DNA from: Chthonomonadales bacterium
GTDB lineage: Bacteria > Armatimonadota > Chthonomonadetes > Chthonomonadales > CAJBBX01
Direction: 5' to 3'
Assembly (NCBI GenBank): GCA_049967475.1
Contig: JBMFSQ010000026.1
Location: 1 to 48,152, forward strand
Length of the DNA stretch: 48,152 bases
This document shows, piece by piece, positions 9,246 to 17,434 of the stretch. Below the pieces are notes generated by a model. The model ran no database searches, was not told where the DNA came from, and saw nothing but the letters and a program-made list of their open reading frames with translations. Within the stretch, counting starts at the first letter, position 1. Every line of letters starts with the position of its first letter. Position numbers and translations under genes: made by a program.

Positions 9246-9473
9246 CTACCTCGATCCCGCACCTTGCGGCGGCTGAGGAGCGCCGCCGGGAAGCGCCCCC
9301 GGATTGGCATACGGGTTGTACGTGTTCGGCGGAGGCTGCATCTTCGTGGGGTCAATGCGCATCTGCGGCTTTGGAGCCAGAAACATCTTGTAGGCTCCCC
9401 CCAACACCACCACCGCCACGACGATGATGATGATGATCGCCGCAACAGGACTAATGCTCTTGTTCATGGTCAC
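9246..9473 (-). CDS. Small single-TM Pro-rich protein
   Basis: MNKSISPVAAIIIIIVVAVVVLGGAY then a Pro/Gly-rich tail. GGAGG RBS upstream; follows the prepilin-type gene. Confidence 0.75.
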   Translation of the reverse strand: MTMNKSISPVAAIIIIIVVAVVVLGGAYKMFLAPKPQMRIDPTKMQPPPNTYNPYANPGALPGGAPQPPQGAGSR

Positions 9474-9554
9474 GGATCCTCCCAGGCCAGGCTCTGCCCG
9501 TTGGCTAGACCTCTCGGTAATGCCTGTAATGCGATGCCCATGGACCGCCTCGGG

Positions 9555-10349
9555 CTATCGCTGGCAGAAGTAGTACCAGTATTCGGGGTGGTCCACGTCG
9601 TTCATGGCGCTGTCCTTGCCCCACTTGCTGTGACCGTCTGCGAAGAGGAAATTCCGGCCTCCCTGATGGGGCGCCACCCAATCCGGCCAGCACCACGGAC
9701 AGGCCCAACCATCGGCCGGCCGCCAATTGGGCTTGCAGTTCCAGCCATTGCCGTTCCATCCTTGGATCTCTACAACGAACGTGTCCTTACCCGTATCCCA
9801 GAAAACGATCTGAAGGGCAGGCTGAGGGATTTCGCTCATCTTGAGGGCAGGGGAATAGGCTCCACGCCGCCAGTTACCATCCCCAACGTCACTGTTGTAC
9901 GCGTAGGACGAGGCGTCGTTATCTGTAGCTGGGTTCCACCATGTGGGAGCAGTGCTCGGGCAGTACATGAGCTGCCGGTTCTTCTCATACGGCTGCAGCA
10001 GGTACGCCCAGTTGAGGCCGTACTTGATGGGATCCTTGGCAGGAGCCGTGTACCACCCAAGGGTGTTGGGGGGTGTGGTTCCGAAGAAGGTTCCGAACTG
10101 GCAGGGCCACCATGTGACGCAGCCGTCGTTGTTGTAGTTCTGGTATTCGGCCATCCAGCGTTCGTCGTAGTCCTGAAGGTACATATGGGAAGCAAGGCCC
10201 ATCTGTTTGACGTTGCTCAGGCAGGAGATTGCGCGTGCTTTCTCCCGAGCCTGGGCGAAGACGGGAAAGAGGATTGCCGCAAGGATCGCAATGATGGCGA
10301 TCACTACGAGCAACTCGATGAGGGTAAACGCATTGTGATGCCTTCTCAT
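9555..10349 (-). CDS. Prepilin-type N-terminal cleavage/methylation protein with DUF1559-like body and H-X9-DG motif
   Basis: [41 protein letters not shown]-terminal [21 protein letters not shown] before ATG 10349. Confidence 0.93.
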   Translation of the reverse strand: MRRHHNAFTLIELLVVIAIIAILAAILFPVFAQAREKARAISCLSNVKQMGLASHMYLQDYDERWMAEYQNYNNDGCVTWWPCQFGTFFGTTPPNTLGWYTAPAKDPIKYGLNWAYLLQPYEKNRQLMYCPSTAPTWWNPATDNDASSYAYNSDVGDGNWRRGAYSPALKMSEIPQPALQIVFWDTGKDTFVVEIQGWNGNGWNCKPNWRPADGWACPWCWPDWVAPHQGGRNFLFADGHSKWGKDSAMNDVDHPEYWYYFCQR

Positions 10350-10610
10350 GAATAACCTCCCGCATTCGGTAACGTTCCGGCCTACGGTGCCCTCGCATGC
10401 CTGCGGAGGGGCACAGGTCCGGTCCATTGCAACGTGCGCTGATGCGCTCTGCCGGCGGCGGGTATGCTTTGGCGCGCTCGCCGTTTCGAGCCGCGCCGGG
10501 GATCAAAGAGCATTTGCTTGTGTTCTGCGAATTTTATTATATTCTCTATTCTCAGCCCTTTAATCCGTTCCTCGACCTCCTTTCCACCGCCACCGCCAGC
10601 CTATGACCCT

Positions 10611-10639
10611 GTTATATCATGAACCGGGAGGACTGTCAA
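10611..10639 (-). promoter_or_regulatory. Sigma70 promoter TTGACA-N17-TATAAC with extended -10 TG
   Basis: Minus strand TTGACA at 10639-10634 and TGA-TATAAC at 10619-10611, in an AT-rich patch pointing at the prepilin-type gene. Confidence 0.8.
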
Positions 10640-10646
10640 GGGGTTG

Positions 10647-10660
10647 GAATATTAATATTC
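10647..10660. promoter_or_regulatory. Perfect 14-bp palindrome GAATATTAATATTC, candidate transcription-factor operator
   Basis: Exact inverted repeat 7 bp upstream of the -35 hexamer. Confidence 0.55.
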
Positions 10661-11195
10661 ATTTAGATTCATCACCTATCCTGCATTTTTCGGGAATGTC
10701 ATGCCCCAGGCGCCGAGCTACGCTCCCAACGCGGCCGCGAAAACTGTTCCCGCAGATACCCAGGCTAGGTCCGCAGCCGCAACCCATCTCCAATCCAGCC
10801 GGTATCGCATGGATGCGCCTCCATGGACTTCGAGCCGGTCCCTGCCATCCCTCTGGACGGTGCAGAAGTAACGGAAGCCTAAACCAACCCTTGATGCTGC
10901 AGCGCTGGTCCCCACACAAGGTCGGAACGGAGGCTTCTTCCTGCGGATGGACGGCTCATGGAGATGGCCCCGTATGGCTGAGCTTCCGCGCTCCTCCATT
11001 GCGAAATCACCGGGGGTGAGAGATGGGGCGCGTCCAAGCCGGGGCGCAAATACGCGCGATCAGGATATAGGATGCGCGGTGCAAGCACGTGGCAGCCGCG
11101 GCTCAATGGTGATACAATGCATTTGGCAACAGTGTTCTGGGCCGCCGCCAGGGATCGTGGTGCCAAGGACGGGGCATCACCCTCGGAGAACATTC

Positions 11196-11381
11196 ATGGT
11201 GCGCGTACTGTTGATCCGATTGGTGTGGCTTGCAGGCATCCTGGTCTTGCTCGCCCTTGCGCCCGTCCCTTCCGATGCTGCCCCCGTGGGCGCCCGCCAC
11301 GCAGTGGTTGCCTTTGCGGCAGTGGCAGGTGTCGGCAAGATCCTGTACGACACCCTCTTCTACGATCACTATTGGCCGTGA
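11196..11381 (+). CDS. Small (61 aa) two-TM membrane protein
   Basis: GGAG RBS and ATG at 11196; two hydrophobic segments and a GKILYDTLFYDHYWP tail. TGATACAAT extended -10 at 11110-11118. Confidence 0.6.
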   Translation: MVRVLLIRLVWLAGILVLLALAPVPSDAAPVGARHAVVAFAAVAGVGKILYDTLFYDHYWP

Positions 11382-11411
11382 AGCCCTCGCACGTGTGGCA
11401 GGTGGATGGCA

Positions 11412-14400
11412 TCACCATACAGGCAATGGATCGGCCTCGCGGTAGATCCCGTCCATCAGTTCCAGCGCGCTGAGCTCCATGCCCGTCACTTCCACATTGC
11501 CCCATGTGGACCCCCCGGAAAGGTCCTGAAGGCAGCGCCCCCGGGCATTTACGCCGAAAAACGTTTGGGCCACCCAGTCTGCCACACCCAAATGAACCCA
11601 AGAACGTTGCAGCATCTCCTGTGCCTTTCGCCGTTGTCGTTTGCCGGCCAGTTGTGCGGCCCGGAGCCGCTCGGCCTGGGCCAGGTCGCAAAGCATCCAA
11701 ACGCGGTAGGCGTAGTCCAGCTCGTCCAACTGTGGAGCTACCACCAACTGGAAGTCGGGATCCAAGGACTGTTCGATAAGAACGTGGTCGGCAACATCCT
11801 CCGCCTCGGCCAGATACGGCGCGTAGCCCGTTGCGCGCCACAGTGCGCAGAGACCGCCGATGGCGTTGCCGTTTACCACCCATTCCCTAGCGTGCCGAGC
11901 CAGATATCGCCCGATGCGCTTTGCAGCCCCCAAATATGAAGGATCGTGCGTCGCGTGATACAGCGCGCATAGATCCATTACCGCAAGGCCATGTACGTCC
12001 CCCGGATAGTCGTTCACGAGGCCGAAGTCACGCCTGGGTCCTGCGTCGTCCCCGTACAGCTCACCCTTGGCATCCGTGTCTCGGATGAGCCAACGTCCGG
12101 CCCGTTTCGCTGCCTCGAGGCACTTGCTGGCGAACGGCCCATCGGATGAAGCAAACACGCGGCTACCCAGCAGGAGTGGGTAGGTACACTGAGCCACGCT
12201 GCAACACCAGGCCGAAAGCGACACCGCCCGGGCACGTCCATCGGCGTCCAAGATGGCGCGGGATGCGAAGGCTCCGCTGGGAGACTGGCAGGCCATGAGA
12301 AATTCCAACATCGTGCGGAGGCGCATGCGCGCGGCGACGTCACGGTCGAAGAGTGAGCGATAGGCCAAGCCCCGCGCTGCGTTCGCCCAATCGCAGTCGG
12401 TCCACAGGCTTCTTTGGTTGGTGATTTCGCGGTAGGTCCCCATGGGGGTGAGGAGCGCTTGCTCCAAATAATGGAAGAAGCCCGTTGTTTCGTGGGACCA
12501 GAGGCCGGCCCGGTTCGGCGCGGGGTCGGTCGGGTGAACGGGAGATGCCTTGCGCTGGGGGAGGCGGGTTGATTGCAGCAGCGCGGGCACGTGGGCTCGG
12601 ATCCAGCCTCTGGCGGCCTGTCGGTTTTTCTCCAGGTCGGCAGGGTCGCGACCGCATGTGATGATTGCGGCACAGATCTTTGCGTGTCCCGGAGCCACCT
12701 CGGGCACTTGCTCCACCAGCACCAGCCGGCCCCTTACCCGTTGCGCACAATGGCCGGAAAGGTCCTCCAACATGATCGAGCGGCCGGGAACGGGCTCCAG
12801 TTCGGCAACTAATGTTCCAGCCGCCACGGGCTGAGACCCCCTATTCTCGAACCTCCAGAGTTCCACCAGCGCCGGAGTACCCCATACGAGGCTTCGGTGT
12901 CGCCCGATGAGGAGAGGACCATAACGAAACTCTTGGAAAAAGGTCATGTAGGTATAGAAGGGCGGCTCATCGAACCACGTGCTGGCCGTGGTGAAGAACT
13001 CCTCCACCAAACCCCGTTCAATCCCCTGCGGGACTTCGCTCAACGCATTCCAGTCGCCGCCATTCCGGAGCGGGACCTCCACAGATCCCTTTGCAACGGC
13101 CGGAACGTAGTGCACCATCACCCCTCGTGCGAATTCCGTATGCAGCGGGATACGGCGCTCCGTGGGCGGGATGGGAGCGGGCTGTTCCACATAATCTAGG
13201 CGGATCGAAGCCGGCGACCCCCCATGGCGGATCGGCGCACACTCCATCACCCAGTGCGGCTCCTGCTGGTATAAGGCATCCCCATCCACGAACCGGTCAA
13301 TGGGCTTGCCGGTCCATGCATGGGGTACGGGCACTCGAGGCCACGGGACCGGCTTGAGCCAAGTTCGAAGCCCCCTACCCCAACGCCGCGCCAGGCGCAT
13401 TGCGGGCTTTCGGTGCAAGCGCCGGGCCAGGCGCTCCGCGGTTCCTGCGGCCAAAGCCAGGCGGCGTCCCGCCATACGCTCCAAGGGAACCTTCTTACCG
13501 TCTTCAGGCGGAACGTCATTGTATCCCGGCAGGTAATCCCAGCTCGGCACGCCGTTCCACAGCCTGCCCGAGGTTGCCTGCCGCATCCAGGCGACCATCC
13601 ATCCTTGGCGCAAGGCCCGCGCCGCACCCGCAAGCTCAAAGGCGAGCCGGAGCCGAAGGTCCCAGGCGGGCAGATCCTCGGCAGGGGGCACGCACGTGCT
13701 CCAGACACGCTCCAGATCCTCCCACGCCGCCCAGTCCGTAGGGTTCACTCCCGGCCCTCGATGCGCGCGAAGGGAATTTCTCATGGGAATGGGCTCGCTG
13801 ATCCATTTCAACAGGCTGCGGACGAACAAGCGGAAAGGCCCGCCCCATTGCGAACGTACCTCTGGCCCCCAGCCGCCTTCCGGCGTGGAAGTGAAGCAGA
13901 AGACGCGCCCTTTGCCGTATTGCCACCACACCATCGCCGGGTCCCCATTGTCCCACAATGCCGCCACGTGGGCACTCGGCTTCACGCCGACACGGTTGTG
14001 TCCGTTGAAGCGGGGGCACGTCTGCCAGGGGATAGCCGTCATGAAGGGCGCCTTCTCAACCGAAACCAATCGGCAAGGCCCGTCGACCTTGTCGGGAGAG
14101 CCCAGCAACTTCACCGGCAGAACTTCTTCCAACGGCGTTCCGAGGAAGCCGCCGCCGCCGGCTCCTCCATAGGTCTGCCACGAACCGAACACTACCAAAG
14201 CCCCGCCCATGTGCACAAACTGCACGATGGATTGAGCCCCGCTCATCCACACATTTTCCGGAGCGCCGGCGTCCATCCACACGACATCGGCGCTTCGCGC
14301 AAGGTCCGGAAGGCTGATTGACGTGGGATGGAAGATCTGATAGGCCAACTCATGGACAGCGCGGGCCGTCCCAGTTCGGAGGAATTCCGGGCGGTTCAGC

Positions 14401-14984
14401 CAGTGTGCATCGAATTGGAAACCGTAGAGGCATCGTCCCAACGTCCCACCCCAGCCCATCAGAGCGATGCGGAGGGAACCCGGCAGCCGAGCAGGAACGG
14501 GTAGCGGCTGTGCCCCCGGGGTAAAGTCGAGGCGGATGCGGTACACACTGGGGCCCCATCCACCGCTGGGGTCCTCATCCCGGAAGCGTACCACCACGTC
14601 GGGTGATTGCTTAAAGAAGGGCAGCAAATCCGCCTGGTAAAACCCATGGTTGTGATGGTCGGCGTTTCCCTGGAGGCCGCTCCGCATTACAGGCCGCCAG
14701 TCTCCTGCTCCGCCGCGAGCCTCCACCAGGAATTCACCACTCATCTCCACAGTGAGAAGCGCAGCACGGCACCGGTCGCGATGAAACCGATACTCGAACG
14801 TGGCGAGCCCGTCGGCAAAGCGCCAGGTGCGCCCGCCTGCGGTGATGGCCATGCTCCCGTCGGCAGAAGCGAGGTAGGGCTTCTCCGAAGGCGTCCCGGG
14901 AGTGAACACGATGGGATCCCCCGTTCTGCCGAAGAGCGGCCCACAGCAAACCCATAAGGCAATCAGCCCAATCGGCCAGAGCAT
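11412..14984 (-). CDS. Large secreted multidomain protein: beta-sandwich, class I glutamine amidotransferase-like domain, C-terminal (alpha/alpha)6 glycosidase-like toroid
   Basis: Signal-like MLWPIGLIALWVCCG. GATase1-like FVHMGGALVVFGSWQTYGG..TPLEEVLPV..YGKGRV. C-terminal repeats FLMACQSPSGAF, LCALYHATHDPSYLGAA, LWRATGYAPYL. The ORF track start at 15062 is also possible. Confidence 0.7.
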   Translation of the reverse strand: MLWPIGLIALWVCCGPLFGRTGDPIVFTPGTPSEKPYLASADGSMAITAGGRTWRFADGLATFEYRFHRDRCRAALLTVEMSGEFLVEARGGAGDWRPVMRSGLQGNADHHNHGFYQADLLPFFKQSPDVVVRFRDEDPSGGWGPSVYRIRLDFTPGAQPLPVPARLPGSLRIALMGWGGTLGRCLYGFQFDAHWLNRPEFLRTGTARAVHELAYQIFHPTSISLPDLARSADVVWMDAGAPENVWMSGAQSIVQFVHMGGALVVFGSWQTYGGAGGGGFLGTPLEEVLPVKLLGSPDKVDGPCRLVSVEKAPFMTAIPWQTCPRFNGHNRVGVKPSAHVAALWDNGDPAMVWWQYGKGRVFCFTSTPEGGWGPEVRSQWGGPFRLFVRSLLKWISEPIPMRNSLRAHRGPGVNPTDWAAWEDLERVWSTCVPPAEDLPAWDLRLRLAFELAGAARALRQGWMVAWMRQATSGRLWNGVPSWDYLPGYNDVPPEDGKKVPLERMAGRRLALAAGTAERLARRLHRKPAMRLARRWGRGLRTWLKPVPWPRVPVPHAWTGKPIDRFVDGDALYQQEPHWVMECAPIRHGGSPASIRLDYVEQPAPIPPTERRIPLHTEFARGVMVHYVPAVAKGSVEVPLRNGGDWNALSEVPQGIERGLVEEFFTTASTWFDEPPFYTYMTFFQEFRYGPLLIGRHRSLVWGTPALVELWRFENRGSQPVAAGTLVAELEPVPGRSIMLEDLSGHCAQRVRGRLVLVEQVPEVAPGHAKICAAIITCGRDPADLEKNRQAARGWIRAHVPALLQSTRLPQRKASPVHPTDPAPNRAGLWSHETTGFFHYLEQALLTPMGTYREITNQRSLWTDCDWANAARGLAYRSLFDRDVAARMRLRTMLEFLMACQSPSGAFASRAILDADGRARAVSLSAWCCSVAQCTYPLLLGSRVFASSDGPFASKCLEAAKRAGRWLIRDTDAKGELYGDDAGPRRDFGLVNDYPGDVHGLAVMDLCALYHATHDPSYLGAAKRIGRYLARHAREWVVNGNAIGGLCALWRATGYAPYLAEAEDVADHVLIEQSLDPDFQLVVAPQLDELDYAYRVWMLCDLAQAERLRAAQLAGKRQRRKAQEMLQRSWVHLGVADWVAQTFFGVNARGRCLQDLSGGSTWGNVEVTGMELSALELMDGIYREADPLPVW

Positions 14985-15100
14985 GCTTCTTTCATCCTCA
15001 TTGTTATGCAGATCGTCCTCTGTTTGGAGCCCTGCGCCGCACGCCTTCTCGTCATCGCCCATCCTCGCGCAAAGCAGCGCGCGGACCGTCCGCCCTTCCT

Positions 15101-16882
15101 TCAGGCGCGCTTGAATTCCCGGTCAATCTCATGAAAGGGGATCGTCACAACGGCAGGCCGACCGTGTGGGCAGAAATGGGGGTTCTCGGTGTCGGCGAGC
15201 TGGGCGATCAAACCCTCCATCTCCTCGAGTGTGAGAGGGTCTCCGGCCTTCACTGCCATCTTACAGGCGTTGGTAATGGTAACGTGATCCCGCTGGACCA
15301 CGAGCCGTCGCGCAACCGACTGGTGCACGAGTTCGTCCACCATATCACGGAGGAGTGTGTCCCAGGCACGGCGGGATGCGTAAACCGGCACGGCGCGCAC
15401 GAGAAAGGCATCCCTGCCGAAGGGCTCCAGATCCCATCCCATGGCGGCGAAGTCTTCCAGCCGCTGTCGAAGCAGGGTGGCCTCAGCGGACCCAAGGGAA
15501 AGAGAAAACGGCTCCGTAAGGCGCTGGGAGGCCAGGGGCTGAGCCTGCCTCATGCGCGAGAGGCGCTCATAGAGCACCCGTTCGTGGGCTACGTGTTGAT
15601 CAATAATGGCGATACCCCGGTCCGTCACGGCCACGATGTAGGTGTTTTGAACCTGCCCCAAAACGCGGTACCCGCGGAGCTCCTCACGCGTACTCAGGTT
15701 TGCCGCGCCAGGAACCGCGTTCCCTCGCGCCAAGCCCGCACCTGCCCCTGGGTCCGCCTCCGTTGGCCGAAAGGCATCCACGGCGGCGCGGTATGCCTCC
15801 GGCGAGATGGAGGGGCGGGCGGCAGTGGCCGCTGATGCGGGCTGGTAGCGCAATCCTGCACGGTTTCCCAGCGTCAGTGTGGGGCTCACACTCTCGGATT
15901 GGAGAGCGTTCTTCACAGCCTGGTTCACTGCATGATGCACCTCATGATCGCGCTCGAATTTCACCTCGCTCTTGGTGGGATGCACATTCACATCCACCAG
16001 GCGCGGATCCATCTCGAGAAAGATCACTGCCACCGGGTAGCGCCCGTCGGGGGTGAAGGCGCGAACGGCATCTTCCAGAGCGTGGGCAAGGAGCCTGCTT
16101 CGAATGGGGCGTCGGTTCACGAAGAAGAGCTCATGGGTGCGGCCTGGGCGGTTGAAATCCGGCGCACATACGTATCCGTGCACCCGTACGGATCCGAAGG
16201 AGCCTTCTACACGCAGGGCTTTGCGGGCGGCGTCGCGTCCCCAAACGGTAGCGACACAGTCCAGCAGATCCCCGTTACCCGGTGTAGCCAAGGCAGCCTG
16301 CTCTTCGCTCACCAGGCGGACGGCTATATCGGGATGGGCCAGCGCCAGGTGTGCCACTACCTCGACGCAGCGCGCCGTTTCGGTGGGCGTCGTCTTGAGG
16401 AACTTGAGCCGAGCCGGAGTGTTGTAGAAGAGGTTTTCGACTACTACCGTTGTGCCGTCGGCGGCGCCGGCAGGCTCAACCGCCTCGATGATGCCGCCGC
16501 GCACATGCACCCGGGTGGCGGCATCGGCCTCAGCAGACTTGGTGGTGAGCGTCAAAAGCGACACCGAGGCTATGGAGGGCAAAGCCTCTCCGCGGAAGCC
16601 CAACGTCCGCACCGCAAAGAGATCGTCGGATGTGCGGATCTTGGACGTGGCGTGGCGCTGCAAAGAGAGGATTGCGTCCTCCTCGTCCATGCCCCAGCCG
16701 TTATCGGACACTTCGATGAGGCGCTTTCCTCCCTCAATGAGGCGGATCACGATGCGGGTGGCCTGGGCATCTATGGCATTCTCCACCAGCTCCTTCACTG
16801 CCGAAGCGGGCCGCTCCACCACTTCTCCCGCCGCAATGCGGTTGGCCGTTTGATCATCGAGCAGTATGATGCGCTGGCCCAC
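15101..16882 (-). CDS. mutL: DNA mismatch repair endonuclease MutL
   Basis: IAAGEVVERPASAVKELVEN, TLGFRGEAL, VDVNVHPTK, DQHVAHER, ACKMAVK, CPHGRP. GTG start at 16882 with GGAGG RBS. Confidence 0.97.
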   Translation of the reverse strand: MGQRIILLDDQTANRIAAGEVVERPASAVKELVENAIDAQATRIVIRLIEGGKRLIEVSDNGWGMDEEDAILSLQRHATSKIRTSDDLFAVRTLGFRGEALPSIASVSLLTLTTKSAEADAATRVHVRGGIIEAVEPAGAADGTTVVVENLFYNTPARLKFLKTTPTETARCVEVVAHLALAHPDIAVRLVSEEQAALATPGNGDLLDCVATVWGRDAARKALRVEGSFGSVRVHGYVCAPDFNRPGRTHELFFVNRRPIRSRLLAHALEDAVRAFTPDGRYPVAVIFLEMDPRLVDVNVHPTKSEVKFERDHEVHHAVNQAVKNALQSESVSPTLTLGNRAGLRYQPASAATAARPSISPEAYRAAVDAFRPTEADPGAGAGLARGNAVPGAANLSTREELRGYRVLGQVQNTYIVAVTDRGIAIIDQHVAHERVLYERLSRMRQAQPLASQRLTEPFSLSLGSAEATLLRQRLEDFAAMGWDLEPFGRDAFLVRAVPVYASRRAWDTLLRDMVDELVHQSVARRLVVQRDHVTITNACKMAVKAGDPLTLEEMEGLIAQLADTENPHFCPHGRPAVVTIPFHEIDREFKRA

Positions 16883-16935
16883 AGCATCCCTCCACGCAGT
16901 TCGGATTGCCGGCAATCCCTAAGACCGCGAGCGCC

Positions 16936-17412
16936 TTACAAATCAGGGGCGCGGCTTTCCGTCTCCCCAATCAAGAAGATCATGAAGCCCGCCATGGCAA
17001 TTTGCACAACGGCCAAGAGCATTCCCAGGGCACCCGACCAGCCGCCCTCGAGGAACGCCATCCCAAGGCCGAACAGGCCGCCCACAATACTCAGGAAGCA
17101 CATTACGTTCGTAATGCCGCGCACCAGTTCGATGCGGGCGAGGAGGCCCAGCCCGATGACCGCCGATAAGCCGTTGATGGACGTGTCCACCACGCCGCCA
17201 CGGACCAAGAGGACGTGCACAACCCCTTGGAGGATCCACCAGACCGCTACGCCGTAATACGCCGGCCAAACCCAGGGCGGCGTCCCCGTCGAGCCCTCTT
17301 CCCGGTTTGGCGCCGGGGAACTGCGCTGGGGTACCGCCAAGGATGCGCCGCAGAATTGGCAGCGCACCGCGCCATCGGGAAGAGTAGCGTTGCAGGCAGG
17401 GCACTTGATCAC
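16936..17412 (-). CDS. Zinc-ribbon domain membrane protein
   Basis: CPAC-x10-CQFC at the N-terminus, then about 4 hydrophobic helices. Tightly packed between mutS and mutL. Confidence 0.8.
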   Translation of the reverse strand: MIKCPACNATLPDGAVRCQFCGASLAVPQRSSPAPNREEGSTGTPPWVWPAYYGVAVWWILQGVVHVLLVRGGVVDTSINGLSAVIGLGLLARIELVRGITNVMCFLSIVGGLFGLGMAFLEGGWSGALGMLLAVVQIAMAGFMIFLIGETESRAPDL

Positions 17413-17434
17413 GGCACCATACCTTTCTGGCAGG

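Noticed and set aside
8640..10355. 571-aa plus-strand ORF and other long antisense ORFs (15899-17257, 20384-21643, 22304-23806, 25590-27449, 44920-46422, 46461-47966)
   Set aside because: Shadow frames of well-supported genes in GC-rich DNA, with no recognisable motifs.
11122..11138. Sigma54 promoter TGGCAACAGTGTTCT
   Set aside because: Lacks the -12 GC; the nearby extended -10 explains the small gene better.
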